Assembly: GCA_951406725.2 (NCBI GenBank)
Contig: OX597819.1
Location: 104,222,001 to 104,286,000 of the forward strand
DNA length: 64,000 nt
Reading direction: 5' to 3'
Origin: Octopus vulgaris
Taxonomy: Eukaryota
A program made the translations under genes and the position numbers. Below the pieces are notes generated by a model. It did not search any database. It saw only the letters and a program-made list of their open reading frames with translations, and was not told the DNA's origin. Shown in pieces: positions 32,684 to 44,700 of this stretch (positions are counted from its first letter, which is position 1; every line of letters starts with the position of its first letter).

Positions 32684-33748
32684 AGAATAAGTCAAATTGT
32701 TAATGTATCAGTTTCTCCTATCCTTTTGAGCACATTTGGCAGCAAATTGATGCTACTGGCTTTTGTTGGTTGAGGTTTTCTCTACATCAAACCATGCGAT
32801 GTTGTGTGTGTATATGTATATGCATGTATGTATATACATATATGTATAGATTATTTTATATATGTAGATGTATTTATGTATGTATGAATTTTTATACATA
32901 CATACATACATACATACATACATACATACATACATACATACATACATACATAAGCATACATAATGCCGTGGGGCATTTATTCAGGCTTTTTAGTGTAAAT
33001 GGCCCCAGGCCAACTTAGCCGTTCAGCTTTTTGGTGTCAATAAAGAAAACGGTTCTGTACTGAGGTTCCAGACCTCTGTCTGCCTCCCTCCCTCTCTCTC
33101 TTTCTCTCTTTCTGGAAGAATTCAACCAGAACAACGCCATTCTAAAACAGCTTTCAAATGGACGCTACCAGAGAGGAAAAGATAGACCGAAAATTAAAAC
33201 GTGCTGAACATTCATAACAAACATGAGAAAGGCCAAAATCCATGAAGGTACAGGTCCTTACTTCCATGAAGGTACAAATCCTTACTTTCTCGCTCTATAT
33301 ACACGTTTACAATATTAATATATCATTCAAAATACTGCCAAAATACCGCCTGAATTTACCTAGGATTTTAACTAAGAACATGTACCTTCATGGAAATACC
33401 AACTAATATCCTTCTATTTACTCCTCTATTCTTCTATTTCATTCCTTATAAACTATTAACATTATGCCTTGTAAACGGTAACTTTTCCCTGTCTAAAATA
33501 TTCACACCTTGTCTCTCATGACAGAATACCCAGTGTGTGGACATACTAACCTACCGCTAGGGTTATCCTAGAAACGGCTGTAAGACTTCGAATTCTCCTT
33601 ACCCTAATTAAATTATTCTAAATGACCTGAGCTGCTTGTTCTGCCATGGTTTTGATTTTTCCTCATAATATAATATAATATAATATAATAATATAATTAT
33701 ATAATAATATATATATATATATATGTATGTATGTATATATACATATAT

Positions 33749-34757
33749 ACGCCCTCGAGCAAGCTGATTGCACAAATACACACTCATACAAGCATCAGTA
33801 AGAATGTGAGCATACGCACACGCAAAGTTTGATCACAAGGTGAGTTAGTTATTTACTTGGTGTTCAGAAGAACGGGGAGGTTAAAAGTAAACTTAAACCA
33901 TCCTTACCTTATAGTAAATTAAATTACATTAAGTTAATGGTTACTCGAAGTTCATTCTCACTGCATTGTGCGAAAGTACATTTATATGCATGTAGGCATC
34001 TCGATGGTCGTTCAGAAGTTCTTTTAAGTATCTTCTCGTCAGTCCACAGAATAGACAGGGATTCTTCGGAGTAGAGACGGCATGTCCTGGAAATTACATT
34101 GAATGGTTTTGCATACAGTTAATCTTCTACTTCGTTTTACGCTCCTTCAGTTGCCATATATAATCTGCCAAAGATATTGAATGTATGTTATTGATTGACT
34201 TAAAGCTGGCAACATGGTTACGATAGCGATTCTTAAATGAATCAGCTGTCTGCCCAATGTAAACATAGGGCCCTCCCCTTGTGTGCATGGTACAGTTATA
34301 TACAAGATTTGTACTCATACAGAGATTCATCAAAGGACATTTTGATTTATCTTTGCATGAGCATTTATCGTGTTTATTTGTATATAAGGCAGTCCCAACT
34401 CCATTTACCGGTGTTGTTATCGTGCTGGCTGTACCATGAGTATTTCTGTGGACTAATGAGAAAATACTTAAAAGAATCTCTGAACGACTATCGAGATGCC
34501 TACACGCGTATAAATGTACTTTTACGCAATGCAGTGAGAATGAACTTTGAGTAACCGTTAACTTAATGAAATTGAATATACTTTAAGGTATGGATGGCTT
34601 GCGTTTACTTTTAATCTTCCCGTTCTTCTAGACAAGTAAATAACTAACTCGCCTTATGATCATGAGTGCACCAAACCTCGAGTATGCGTATGCTCACATT
34701 TTTGCTGATGCTTGTATGAGCGTGTGAACTCGTGCCACACAGCTTGCCCGAGGGCGT
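33749..34757 (-). mobile_element. Penelope-like element 3' fragment (GIY-YIG) with ~300-bp inverted terminal arms
   Basis: NLVYNCT...YVYIGQTADSFKNRYRNHVASFK...SLADYIWQLKE, then KPFNVISRTCRL...RCLH. Arms 33749-34051 and 34444-34757 are diverged inverted copies, with TA-rich flanks. Confidence 0.88.
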
Positions 34758-34899
34758 TTATACATCCATATCTGTTAACGGTTATTTTCAAAACTTTTCT
34801 CGCCGGATTACTTGTTCGTTTCTCTTTTTATCAATGAACCGTAAAAATTAATACAGAGAGTTGCTTATTTGCAAAAAAAAAAAGAAATATAACATGTGA

Positions 34900-35228
34900 C
34901 TTCATTGACCGAGGTTACCGTGGTCTTTTCCGTAGGCTTTTCTTTCCACGGGTAAACCTCACCTGTCCTCCTCTTTACACTTCATATTGACATTTCTGTG
35001 ATAACGATCCCTATTGATCAATTTTTTATCCCTTTCCTTTTTTTTTCCTCCCCCACTTTTTTTATTTTATTCCCCCCTTTTTTGTCCTCTTTCTTTCCCT
35101 TTACGATCCCTTTTGATCGAAAACCAAACCCCCTTTTTTTACCCCCAAAAGAAAAGCTCTACTTGTAATTTGTCCTGTCTGTGTGCAGCCCTGTGTGGCT
35201 AATAAAGAAACATATCTATCTATCTAAA

Positions 35229-35269
<41 letters not shown>

Positions 35270-35270
35270 G
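34900..35270 (+). mobile_element. Unclassified repeat 3' end ending in AATAAA + (ATCT)n (longer copy)
   Basis: Homologous to 23830-24036; contains a hairpin gaggttaccgtgg...ccacgggtaaacctc and a polypyrimidine tract. Confidence 0.7.
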
Positions 35271-35418
35271 TCTGTCTATCTGCCTGTCTGCTTGCCTGTC
35301 TGCTTGGTTGTCTGCCTGCCTGCCTGCCTGTCAGCCTGCCTATCTTTCTATCTGTGTACCTACGTATGTATGTATGTATGTATGTATGTATGTATGTATG
35401 TATCTATCTATCTATCTT

Positions 35419-35710
35419 GCAATGGCCCAGTGGTTAGGGCAGCGGATCGCGGTTTCCATTCTCAGACCGGGCGTTGTGAGTGTTTATTGAGCGAAAACAC
35501 CTAAAAGCTCCACGAGGCTCCGGCAAGATGTGGTGGCGACCCCTGTTGTACTCTAAGAAAATTCCGCCGAGGTAGACTTTGCCTTTCATCCTTTCGGGGT
35601 CGATAAATTAAGTACCAGTTATGCACTGGGGTCGATATAATCGATTTAATCCGTTTGTCTGTCCTTGTTTGTCCCCTCTGTGTTTAGCCCCTTGTGGGTA
35701 GTAAAGAAAT
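35419..35710 (+). mobile_element. Chimeric SINE: family B 5' part (35419-35553) joined to family A 3' part (35558-35710)
   Basis: gcaatggcccagtggttagggcagcgg...ctgttgtactct, then aaattccgccgaggtagactttgcctttcatcctttcggggtcgataaattaagtaccag...gtaaagaaat. Confidence 0.85.
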
Positions 35711-35721
35711 CTATCTATCTG

Positions 35722-35766
<45 letters not shown>

Positions 35767-35999
35767 ATATCTATCTATCTATCTATTTATATGTGTGCGT
35801 ACGTGTGTATGTGTAGTTTTCGTAAATTCAAAACTTATTAGTTGGTTGTTTCAAATGTTTAGAATGACTTTTAATGGTTGATACTACAATCAGTAACATC
35901 TTTATTTCTCTATTTCTTTTTCCCTAAATTTTTAAATCTTCTATCAGTACGAAAAGCGCAACTATTATTGTTATTGCTATTCTTCTTATTGTTATCATT

Positions 36000-36059
<60 letters not shown>

Positions 36060-37824
36060 ACCACTATTATCTTTAGAATTCATCTTTTGTTATCAATAGT
36101 ATTCTTAGTATTATTCTGAGTACCATTATTCTACATGGTACCGTTGTTAATATAGTTTCTAAAACTGTCGTTGTTGTTGTTGACGCTGGTAGATTTTGTT
36201 GTTTTTTTTTCTGTTTTATTATTACCATTACTATTATTATTGTTATTATTGAATTCGTTGAAGTTTCCTTTCATTTTCAATTTTTCGTTTGGTTTTTGAT
36301 TTTTCCACACAAAACAACAATTCCTAATTTCTAATTTTTCTTATACTTTTTCAAACGATTTTATTTAGTATTTTTACCTTCTGTTTATTTGTTTATTTAT
36401 TTATTTATTTATTTAATTTTACCATCGCTGATTAAACGAATCAGTGACTTATTCTTATTGAAACCAGACGGGTTTGCCATCGCCACCAATCAAAGAATAC
36501 CTTATAAAGAAAAATGGCGGCGGTTGTGTCGGTAGCGATAGCAATGTTTGCAGCGATGATGGCGATAATCGTTAGAATTTTCGGTTAGAAAACTTTTAAA
36601 AGGTTCTGTTATGTTCTAATCAAGTTATTTCATTGAAATATCTGTATCTTTCTCTTCTCTTTCTACTCATTTAAAAGATAAATTTGTTTTCCTTTTGCGT
36701 GTTAGGAAACGCCTAATGAAATTTTCTGCAAGCTAGTGGATTGCTTCGATTTGTTTTAGACCAGATTCATTACGTAAACTAACTGCTTAGCAATTAAAAG
36801 AGAGAAAGAGACAAAATAATACATACATACATACATACACACACACACAACACATATATGTATATTTATGAACAGAGTGAAAAAACACAGACTATCGCAT
36901 GCGTACTTACACGCGGATACACATAGATGCATGTATGAAGAGAGGAATAAACAAACTTCAAAAATTATAAAAATACATACAAAGAAAAATAGCAGAAAAA
37001 GAAAGAAACGGCTTGAAGGCCCATTTTCAACGGCCGTTCATTTATTGAAGAGTATAGAAAGCCGCAGTTAAAACAATCAGAACTTTTTCTTTCAGCTATT
37101 GTACTGACTTGAGAGATCGAAATTTCATTTATTAGCTGAGTGTATCAATAATTACGTTTTTTTTTTGGTTAATTTTGTTAACTCCTATTATTCTCTTCTC
37201 TCCTCTGCTCTCACTACCCTCTATTTAATTTAATAAAGCGTGAGTTTAGTTTTAACACCTAAAGCTAGAAATTGGTAAGTTGTCTTTTCAGGTACTACGA
37301 CGAGTGATAATTGTTCTTTCTTCTACGATTCTTGTTGTTTCTTCTACGATTCTTGTTGTTTGTAAATTTTTTTGTTTGCTTCCTTCAAGTGTTTTCAATT
37401 TCAACTTGCACTCTACCTGTATACACTTAATCTACACCATCGTTAATTATTATTATTATAATTATTATTATTGTTATCATCATCATCACCAGCACCAGCA
37501 CCAGCACCAGCACCAGCACCACCAGCACCAGCACCACCAGCACCAGCACCAGCACCATCATCATCATCATCATCATCATCATCATTGTTATGATCGTCAG
37601 TCATCATCGTTATCATCATGGTAGCACAGGTGATTCAGGTTCGGTAAGATTCCTCGGTTGCCTCTGGGTGGTGTACCCTGCCATTAGGGATGTTTGTTGG
37701 TATCAGTTTCATAGTTTATTGAAATTATTTTATTGTTTACACGTGTATTGTCCTAAACGATTTTCTAGCCCTTCTGTCCACTACCGAAAGTACAACAACA
37801 ATAACAACAATAACAGCAACAATT

Positions 37825-38000
37825 ATTTCTGCTATAGGCACAAGGCCTCAAATTTTTGGAGAGGGGATAGTCGATTATATCGACCGCATTCCTCAGCTAG
37901 TTCTAGGATCAAAGACAAAGTAAACCTCAACGGATTTGAACTTAGAACGTAAAGTCGGAAGAAAAGCCGCTAAGCATTTTGTCCGATTCTGCCAGCTCGC

Positions 38001-38001
<1 letters not shown>
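37825..38001 (-). mobile_element. Family A SINE, internally deleted
   Basis: ggcacaaggcct..aattt...gtcgattatatcgacc...atttgaacttagaacg...gctaagcatt...gattctgccagctcg. Confidence 0.8.
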
Positions 38002-38059
<58 letters not shown>

Positions 38060-39105
38060 CGGGATGGAGTTTGGGCTTGAGAAGTGTGCCAAGGCCACTT
38101 TCCAGAAAGGGAAAGTGAAGACCACAAATTCAGTCGTGTTAGATGTTGACACAGTCATAAGAGAGCTTGAGCAAGAACAAACATACAAATATTTAGGGAC
38201 AAATGAAGGCTCTGGTATTCAGCATGCAAGCATGAAAGAGAAGATCAGGAAGGGAATGTTATAGGAGAGTTCGTGCAGTCCTGAAATCTGAACTAAATGC
38301 ACGTAACAAGGTGTTAGCTATAAATTCCTTAGCAATTCCAGTTGTTACTTATAGCTACAATGTGTTGAACTGGAATATGAGTGAAGTAAAGAATATAGAT
38401 AGGAAAATATGCAAGCTGCTGAGTTGTAATAGGGTGCACCACCCAAAGGCAAACTTAGATCATCTTTACCTTCCCAGAGCCCAAGGAGGTCGAGGCCTGA
38501 TCCAATTTGAACTAGCTTACAAAACAACCACAATTGGACTGGCCAAATATCTTGAAATAACGAATGACTAGATGCTAAAGCTCGTGGAAAATCACGAGAG
38601 ACGAAAGAAGCTTCATTCTATCATAAAGGAAAGCAAAAAATTTGCTATTGATCTCGTGCAGGACACCCAAACTGAACAACCCGAGGGAAGTACGGCAACT
38701 ATTGTTGCAAAGAAGGTGAAAATAATGGCAATGAAAAAAGCGCACGAGCAATTGGCTGATAGGTGGGAGGAGAAACCTCTGCACGGCAAATATGTGGCCC
38801 GCAGCAAACAAGCTGATGTTGACCAGAAGCAAACCCATCAGTGGCTACGGAGCTCAGGGCTAAAAGCTGAGAGCGAAGGTTTCATCCTGGCTGCTCAAGA
38901 TCAAAGCCTATTAACCCGGAACTACCAGGCCAATGTGATGAAAAATGGAGCAGACCCAAAATGCCGATTCTGCAACGACATGATTGAAACAGTGGACCAC
39001 CTAATCTCTGGATGTAAAGTCTTAGCACCAGTGGAGTATAAATTAAGACATGACAGAGTTGGCCAATATCTACACTGGCTAATAAGTCGGCATTACAATA
39101 TCAAA
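38060..39105 (+). mobile_element. R4/Dong-type LINE fragment (RT C-terminus to zinc knuckle)
   Basis: MEFGLEKCAK, YKYLG, AINSLAIPVVTYSY, HHPKANLDHLYLPRAQGGRGL, KPLHGKY, GLKAESEGFILAAQDQSL, CRFC...HLISGC...RHDRVG. Begins at an (AAT)n array. Confidence 0.92.
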
Positions 39106-39452
39106 CCAGGCATTCTAACTTCTATTATTCTGTCAGTCTCAATGTTAAAGTCCCACAACCTCATATATCTCTTACTTTCTAGTACTTTACTAGGTTCATG
39201 TTCACACCACTCATTAGTATGTTCAAATCCTATCTTTCTACATAACTGCCAGTGGATTACTTTCCCAAAATTGTCATGTCTTATCTTGTATTCGTTCTGT
39301 GCCAGCATGCTACATTCACTTACTATATGAGTAACGCTTTCCTCTTTTCATTTGCATAACTTACATTGGGAATCTACTTGCTTTTTGTCTATTTTGGTCT
39401 TCATCCAATTAGTCCTTAATGCTTGATCTTGTGCAGCTACTAACAAACTTTC
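39096..39452 (-). mobile_element. R4/Dong-type fragment related to the 19175-22718 family
   Basis: MLAQNEYKIRHDNFGKVIHWQLC...LWDFNIETDRIIE; nucleotide similarity to 19560-19890. Confidence 0.88.
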
Positions 39453-39475
39453 TTATAATAATGACAAACAGAAAG

Positions 39476-39544
<69 letters not shown>

Positions 39545-39545
<1 letters not shown>

Positions 39546-40665
39546 CTCTATATCACCGGTTTTGTTGGAGCTCCTGGAGTCTTGCATACGTAATGGGCTT
39601 GCTACCTGCAGCCTACAATACCATCCTATCCGTTCTTTTCAGCTGTCTAATATTTTCCTGATTATCCTGGACGTATTAAGGAGGCAAACCTTTTGTAACA
39701 GTTCTATTGGGCGCTCTATTCCAATTTCCTTTATATTTCCCTTGATGCCTTCTGGTACTGTTCGTAAGGACTCAACAATAACTGACACTACCTTCACCTT
39801 CTTTATTTTCCATAGCCGGGCTATTTCGTACTTAAGAAATTTATCTTTCCAGCAACTTCTGTTGTTGTTAGATGGAATTGACTGTGCAGTCCCTTCTTGC
39901 ATAAGCCTTTTTTTTGTACTTCTTCCTTTGTTTTACCTTTTTTCTCTACTTTCAATACTCCCTCATTCCTAAGTGTCCTGGCCAGGTTTCCTTATTTTGA
40001 GTTATACGCATGCAATCTTCCACACTTATCAATCCTCTTCCTCCATTTGCTCTCTTCATGTATAAGTGATCAGTTTCTGCACGTGGATGATGGACTCCAT
40101 GCATTTTTAGGAGTTCTCTTGACTTCCTATTCATCTTCTTTAGCTCCTCTTCTGTCCACTTCAGGATTCCAGCACCATACCGAACTACTGCGACTGCGCG
40201 TGAGTTTATTGCCGAAATAATTTTTCTGGCATCCAGCTTTGAAGCCAATATTTTTCTCACTCGCCGCAGGTATTCTCTTTTTGTCTTTTCCTTCATGTCT
40301 TTGTATTTGATTCCGTGTGCTTCAAGTATTCGCAGGTATTTATAGCTGGATTGAGGTTGAATTGCCTTCATCATTTCACCACTTGGCAATCTTATGGATT
40401 CTGTCCTGTCAAGCTTTCCTCGTCTCATCCTCATTGTAGCACATTTTGAGAGACCAAATTCTATTTTAATATCATTGGACAGAATCTGTACAGACTCTAC
40501 TAAGATGTCCGTTTCTGCCGCAGTTTTTGCGAATAGCTTCAGGTCGTCCATGAATAGCAAGTGGTTCAGTTTTCCCTTACCTCTTCCTAGATCATACTCC
40601 AACTTTGTTTTCTGTAGTATTTCACTCAAGAGGATCATTCCCAGCACGAACATCAGTGGGGACTC
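39545..40665 (-). mobile_element. R4/Dong-type LINE, truncated and internally deleted
   Basis: LNHLLFMDDLKLFAK, IEFGLSKCA, AINSRAVAVVRYGAG, HHPRAETDHLYMKRANGGRGLISVEDC, LLQKVCLLNTSRIIRKILD. 3' end at (TTA)n. Confidence 0.92.
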
Positions 40666-40967
40666 CTAATACCTGATTCCCAGCCGTCAGTTACGTTCTC
40701 TAACCGTTTTCTTCCGTTTCTCGCCGAGTGTTTTCCGTACACCTAGCGCAGAGAAGCTCATCGTATGCCTTCCCAGATTACACGCGCAAATTCACAGGTA
40801 AAATATGTATTTAAAAATTAATAAATAAATAAATTCATGAATGGATGTTGTTTTCACAGCGATTTGAGAGACCAAATTATCTTTTGCAATCGAATCACAC
40901 TACTCTTCTTCTTCTTCTTCTTCTTCTTCTTCTTCTTCTTCTTCTTCTTCTTCTTCTTCTTCTTCTT

Positions 40968-41125
40968 CATGCTTGCGCTTGGGCAACACATATTAGAGCC
41001 TCCGTTTTCGGTTTTAAATCACTTTTAGTCATCCATAGTATCTTTCTTCTCTGTCTGTCTTGTCTTCAACACCCCTATGAAAGTGTCCATGCATTCTTTT
41101 CTTTATCCACTTATTTTCAGTTTCA
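40968..41125 (-). mobile_element. R4/Dong-type LINE fragment
   Basis: WIKKRMHGHF...WMTKSDLKPKTEALICVAQAQA. Confidence 0.8.
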
Positions 41126-41139
41126 GATACGTGCACACA

Positions 41140-41310
41140 TAGCGCAGTTCTCAGTGAGATTCAACGTGACACAAAGTGTGACAAGGCCGGCCCTTTGAAA
41201 TACAGATACTACTGATTTTTGCCAGCTGAGTGAACAAGTCGCCAGGAATTGAACTCACGAGCTTACGATCGTGAGCCGAATGCCCTAACCACTAAGCCAC
41301 GCGCCTTCAC
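41140..41310 (-). mobile_element. tRNA-derived SINE (different head) sharing the type-1 tail of 14400-14600
   Basis: Minus head gtgaaggcgcgtggcttagtggttagggcattcggctcacgatcgtaagctcgtgagttcaattcc; tail block cgtgacaca.agtgtgacaaggccg.cc.tttgaaat.cag shared with 14540-14585. Confidence 0.75.
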
Positions 41311-41366
<56 letters not shown>

Positions 41367-41367
<1 letters not shown>

Positions 41368-42170
41368 GAGAATGAAGCAACAAGAATGGATAGGTTTTAG
41401 TACGATCGTTTCATACAAGGACAGGTTTTATTAAAAGTTGCAAAAATTACAGCATATAAACGTGTCCCGTACTCATCAGCTAAAATACATGTGAGTTCTC
41501 TAGACATCCTAGTGGTTGAGGCTATACTCATGAAGTAATGTAGATAATTAAGTAACATAAACAGATTTCAAAAGTTCATTAAAGTTCTTTAAAGATGATG
41601 TACAGTCTTATCACAGAATTTCAAAAAGTCTTAATAGCATCACAGAATTTCAAAAAGTCTTAATAGCATCACAGAGAAGGTGACCCGATCCATAGTGCAC
41701 ATATGAATTCATATGTGCACTATGGATCGGGTCACCTTCTCTGTGATGCTATTAAGACTTTTTTGAAATTCTGTGATGCTATTAAGACTTTTTGAAATTC
41801 TGTGATAAGACTGTACATCATCTTTAAAGAACTTTAATGAACTTTTGAAATCTGTTTATGTTACTTAATTATCTACATTACTTCATGAGTATAGCCTCAA
41901 CCACTAGGATGTCTAGAGAACTCACATGTATTTTAGCTGATGAGTACGGGACACGTTTATATGCTGTAATTTTTGCAACTTTTAATAAAACCTGTCCTTG
42001 TATGAAACGATCGTACTAAAAACCTATCCATTCTTGTTGCTTCATTCTCGCTTATAATCACCCCACATTACTGTATTGTTAAATCAGTATAGTTTTTTTT
42101 GGTGCATCTAAGTTAGGTACCATATTCAAGTAAATTCATTTAAATTAACTTGAATCTTTATTGCTTTTTG
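41367..42170 (+). mobile_element. Fold-back element in (TA)n: 684-bp spacerless palindrome (41367-42050) + 120-bp tail, HHR in each arm
   Basis: Arms mirror about gaattc at 41705-41710; the only differences I saw are two 1-bp homopolymer indels. Confidence 0.9.
41931..42021 (+). ncRNA. Type I hammerhead ribozyme with extended stem II (mirror copy on minus strand at about 41395-41485)
   Basis: UUUUAG-CUGAUGA-GUACGGGACA...UGUCCUUGUAU-GAAAC-GAUC-GUA-CUAAAA: 6-bp stem I, palindromic ACGAUCGU, predicted cleavage after 42015. Confidence 0.8.
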
Positions 42171-42203
<33 letters not shown>

Positions 42204-42207
42204 CTAC

Positions 42208-42238
<31 letters not shown>

Positions 42239-42239
42239 T

Positions 42240-43162
42240 ATATATATGCATATATGGGTACAGGACACCAGCATCTGTATAAACAACATGAAATACGAAA
42301 ACAAACGAGTTAAATACGCAAACAACGCGAGAAAATTGGAAAACAGAGCAAGTAAACGCAAAGAACGCCCCTTCATCAGTTGTCGTCTGTCTATCTACTC
42401 ATTTCGGGCATTCAACGACAATATGAGTTTTCAAAGACAGTTGCTCCCATAAATTCCAAAATAAAATTTGGGATTTATGGAGGGTCAAAGTTGGGAACAA
42501 AAACAGAACAGAGGAGACATACAAGGAAACCGTACGAAAGCAAACATGGAGGATCGTTAAATCAAAATGAGAGAAAACTAGTGAACGCTGGGAGAAATAT
42601 TTTCTTTGAAAAGAGAAAAGATAGAAGAGAGAAAAAACATTTAGTCCTTTGAACGTGCGTGCAGGAAAAGAAAGATGGACGATGGTCACGTATATATATA
42701 TACACACACACGACCCCCCCCCACATATATACTAGCAATGTATCCCGTGGCTGAGTGGTAAGAAGCTTGCTTCTCAACCACATGCTTACGGGTTCAGTCC
42801 CACTGCGTGGCATCTTGTCTTCTATGAAGCATATTGAGTGGATTTGGTAGATAAAACTGAAAGAAACCTATAGTATATGTATATGTGTATGTGTGTGTGT
42901 GTCTTTGTGTCTCTGTTTGTCCACCCATCACGGCTTGACAATCGGTGTTGGTGTGTTTTACGTCCCCGTAACATAGCGGCTCAGCAAAGGAAACCGATAG
43001 AATAAATACTAGGCTTAAAAAATAAGCACTGGGTCGATTTGCTCGACTACTTTAAGGCGGTACACCAACATGGTCGCAGTCAAATGTCTAAAACAAGTAA
43101 AAGAAAAAAATGAATGAAGACTATCTATCTATCTATCTATCTATCAATCTATCTATCTATCA

Positions 43163-43225
<63 letters not shown>

Positions 43226-43515
43226 CATTTATCTATGGACAGTCTCCACTGTTCTGTTTTTGTTCCCAAATATGACCATCCATAAATCCTAAATTTTATT
43301 TTGGAATTTATAGGAGTAACTGTCTTTGAAGACTCATATTGTCGTTGAATGTTAGAAATGAGGAGTAGACAGACAGTCGACAACTGATGAAAGATCGTTC
43401 TCTGTATTTACTTGTCCTGCTTTCCATTTTTCTCTCGCTGCTTGCGTATTTGACTCGTTTGTTTTCGTATTTCATGTTGTTTACACAGTGGGTGACGTCC
43501 TCTACCCATATATGC

Positions 43516-43520
<5 letters not shown>
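42240..43520. mobile_element. Pair of diverged inverted ~275-bp repeats (42240-42518 / 43241-43520) bounded by TA-rich microsatellites, interrupted by a SINE
   Basis: ORFs 42158..42376(-) and 43387..43674(+) translate to near-identical peptides, confirming inverted homology. Confidence 0.85.
42745..43110 (+). mobile_element. Family C SINE
   Basis: gtggctgagtggtaagaagcttgcttctcaaccacatg...gggttcagtcccactgcgtggca...cgtccccgtaac...aaacaagtaaaag. Confidence 0.9.
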
Positions 43521-43547
<27 letters not shown>

Positions 43548-43561
43548 GTATGTATATAATA

Positions 43562-43609
<48 letters not shown>

Positions 43610-43613
43610 TGTG

Positions 43614-43671
<58 letters not shown>

Positions 43672-43678
<7 letters not shown>

Positions 43679-44659
43679 ATTTATTAGGGAATAAGAATTC
43701 CGGCATCACAGGGGTTCAAATTATTCTCAATGAGGAAATATATATGTTATTTAGAGATAGTAGTCCCCTTCATTTCACCATATAAAAGAATTTTAATTCA
43801 ATTTAATACTTACTACTCATTTCTCAGCTACACGTGTTTCTTGAGGTTCTTTTACGGTTCCTTAATTACGCAGTGTTTAACAGGAACCTTTCTTAAAATG
43901 TAACCCCAATCATCAGGCCTCTAAATAAATTTATCATAGTTCGATACCAAATACTATATTTTATTTTAACATATAAGTATGTGTATGTGTAAATAGGTTT
44001 GCCGGACCTTACTGTGCTATCCATAATTTAATTCAAATAAACTTAATAAAAACAATACAAATAAAAAATAAAAATTTACAAAATCTAAATTCTCACGTAA
44101 CTTATGTCTGTAAACATTCAAATAAAATTAATATGTAGGAATAAAAATAAAATATATACTTATGATGATATAATAATGAACGTAATGACAAATAAATATA
44201 TTCGAATAAAAATGTAAGCAATGACAAATAAATATTTTCGAATAAGAACTATAGTACGAATGACAAAATGCAAAAAGAAAATTTACAAATGATATGAATG
44301 ATAAAAATTAAAAATTTACAAAGTAAAAATAACTTTAGGGCAACGTAAAAGAAATGTCGTAAAAAATATGTACTACGTATTAATTTTGGTTGAACGAAAT
44401 TTCGCCGAGCCTATTTACACATACACATACTTATATGTTAAAATAAAATATAGTATTTGGTATCGAACTATGATAAAGTTATTTAGAGGCCTGATGATTG
44501 GGGTTACATTTTAAGAAAGGTTCCTGTAAAACACTGCGTGATTAAGGAACCGTAAAAGAACCTCAAGAAACACGTGTAGCTGAGAAATGAGTAGTGAGTA
44601 TTAAATTGAATTAAAATTCTTTTATATGGTGGGATGAAGGGAACTACTATCTCTAAATA
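43672..44659 (-). mobile_element. Fold-back element next to (TA)n: ~250-bp inverted arms, AT-rich spacer, tail, HHR in each arm
   Basis: Arms 43748-43997 / 44410-44659 are nearly identical in inverted orientation; an extra tail at 43672-43747 abuts (TA)n. Confidence 0.88.
44488..44581 (+). ncRNA. Type I hammerhead ribozyme with enlarged stem II (mirror copy on minus strand at 43826-43919)
   Basis: GGC-CUGAUGA-UUGGGGUU...(GGUUCCU/AGGAACC)...AACCUCAA-GAAAC-ACGU-GUA-GCU, with palindromic ACACGUGU. Confidence 0.75.
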
Positions 44660-44700
44660 GCACACACGCATACACACACACATACATATATATATATATA

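Noticed and set aside
37255-37295. Plus-strand splice-like signals (ttg|gtaagt, ttttcag|gtac)
   Set aside because: No coherent exon; donor and acceptor are only 17 nt apart. Similar weak microexon-like sites near 7445 and 28150 have poor donors or pyrimidine tracts.
38572-39330. 252-aa ORF as an intact gene
   Set aside because: Accidental fusion: a plus-strand R4/Dong fragment to about 39105 reads into the antisense of a different minus-strand fragment.
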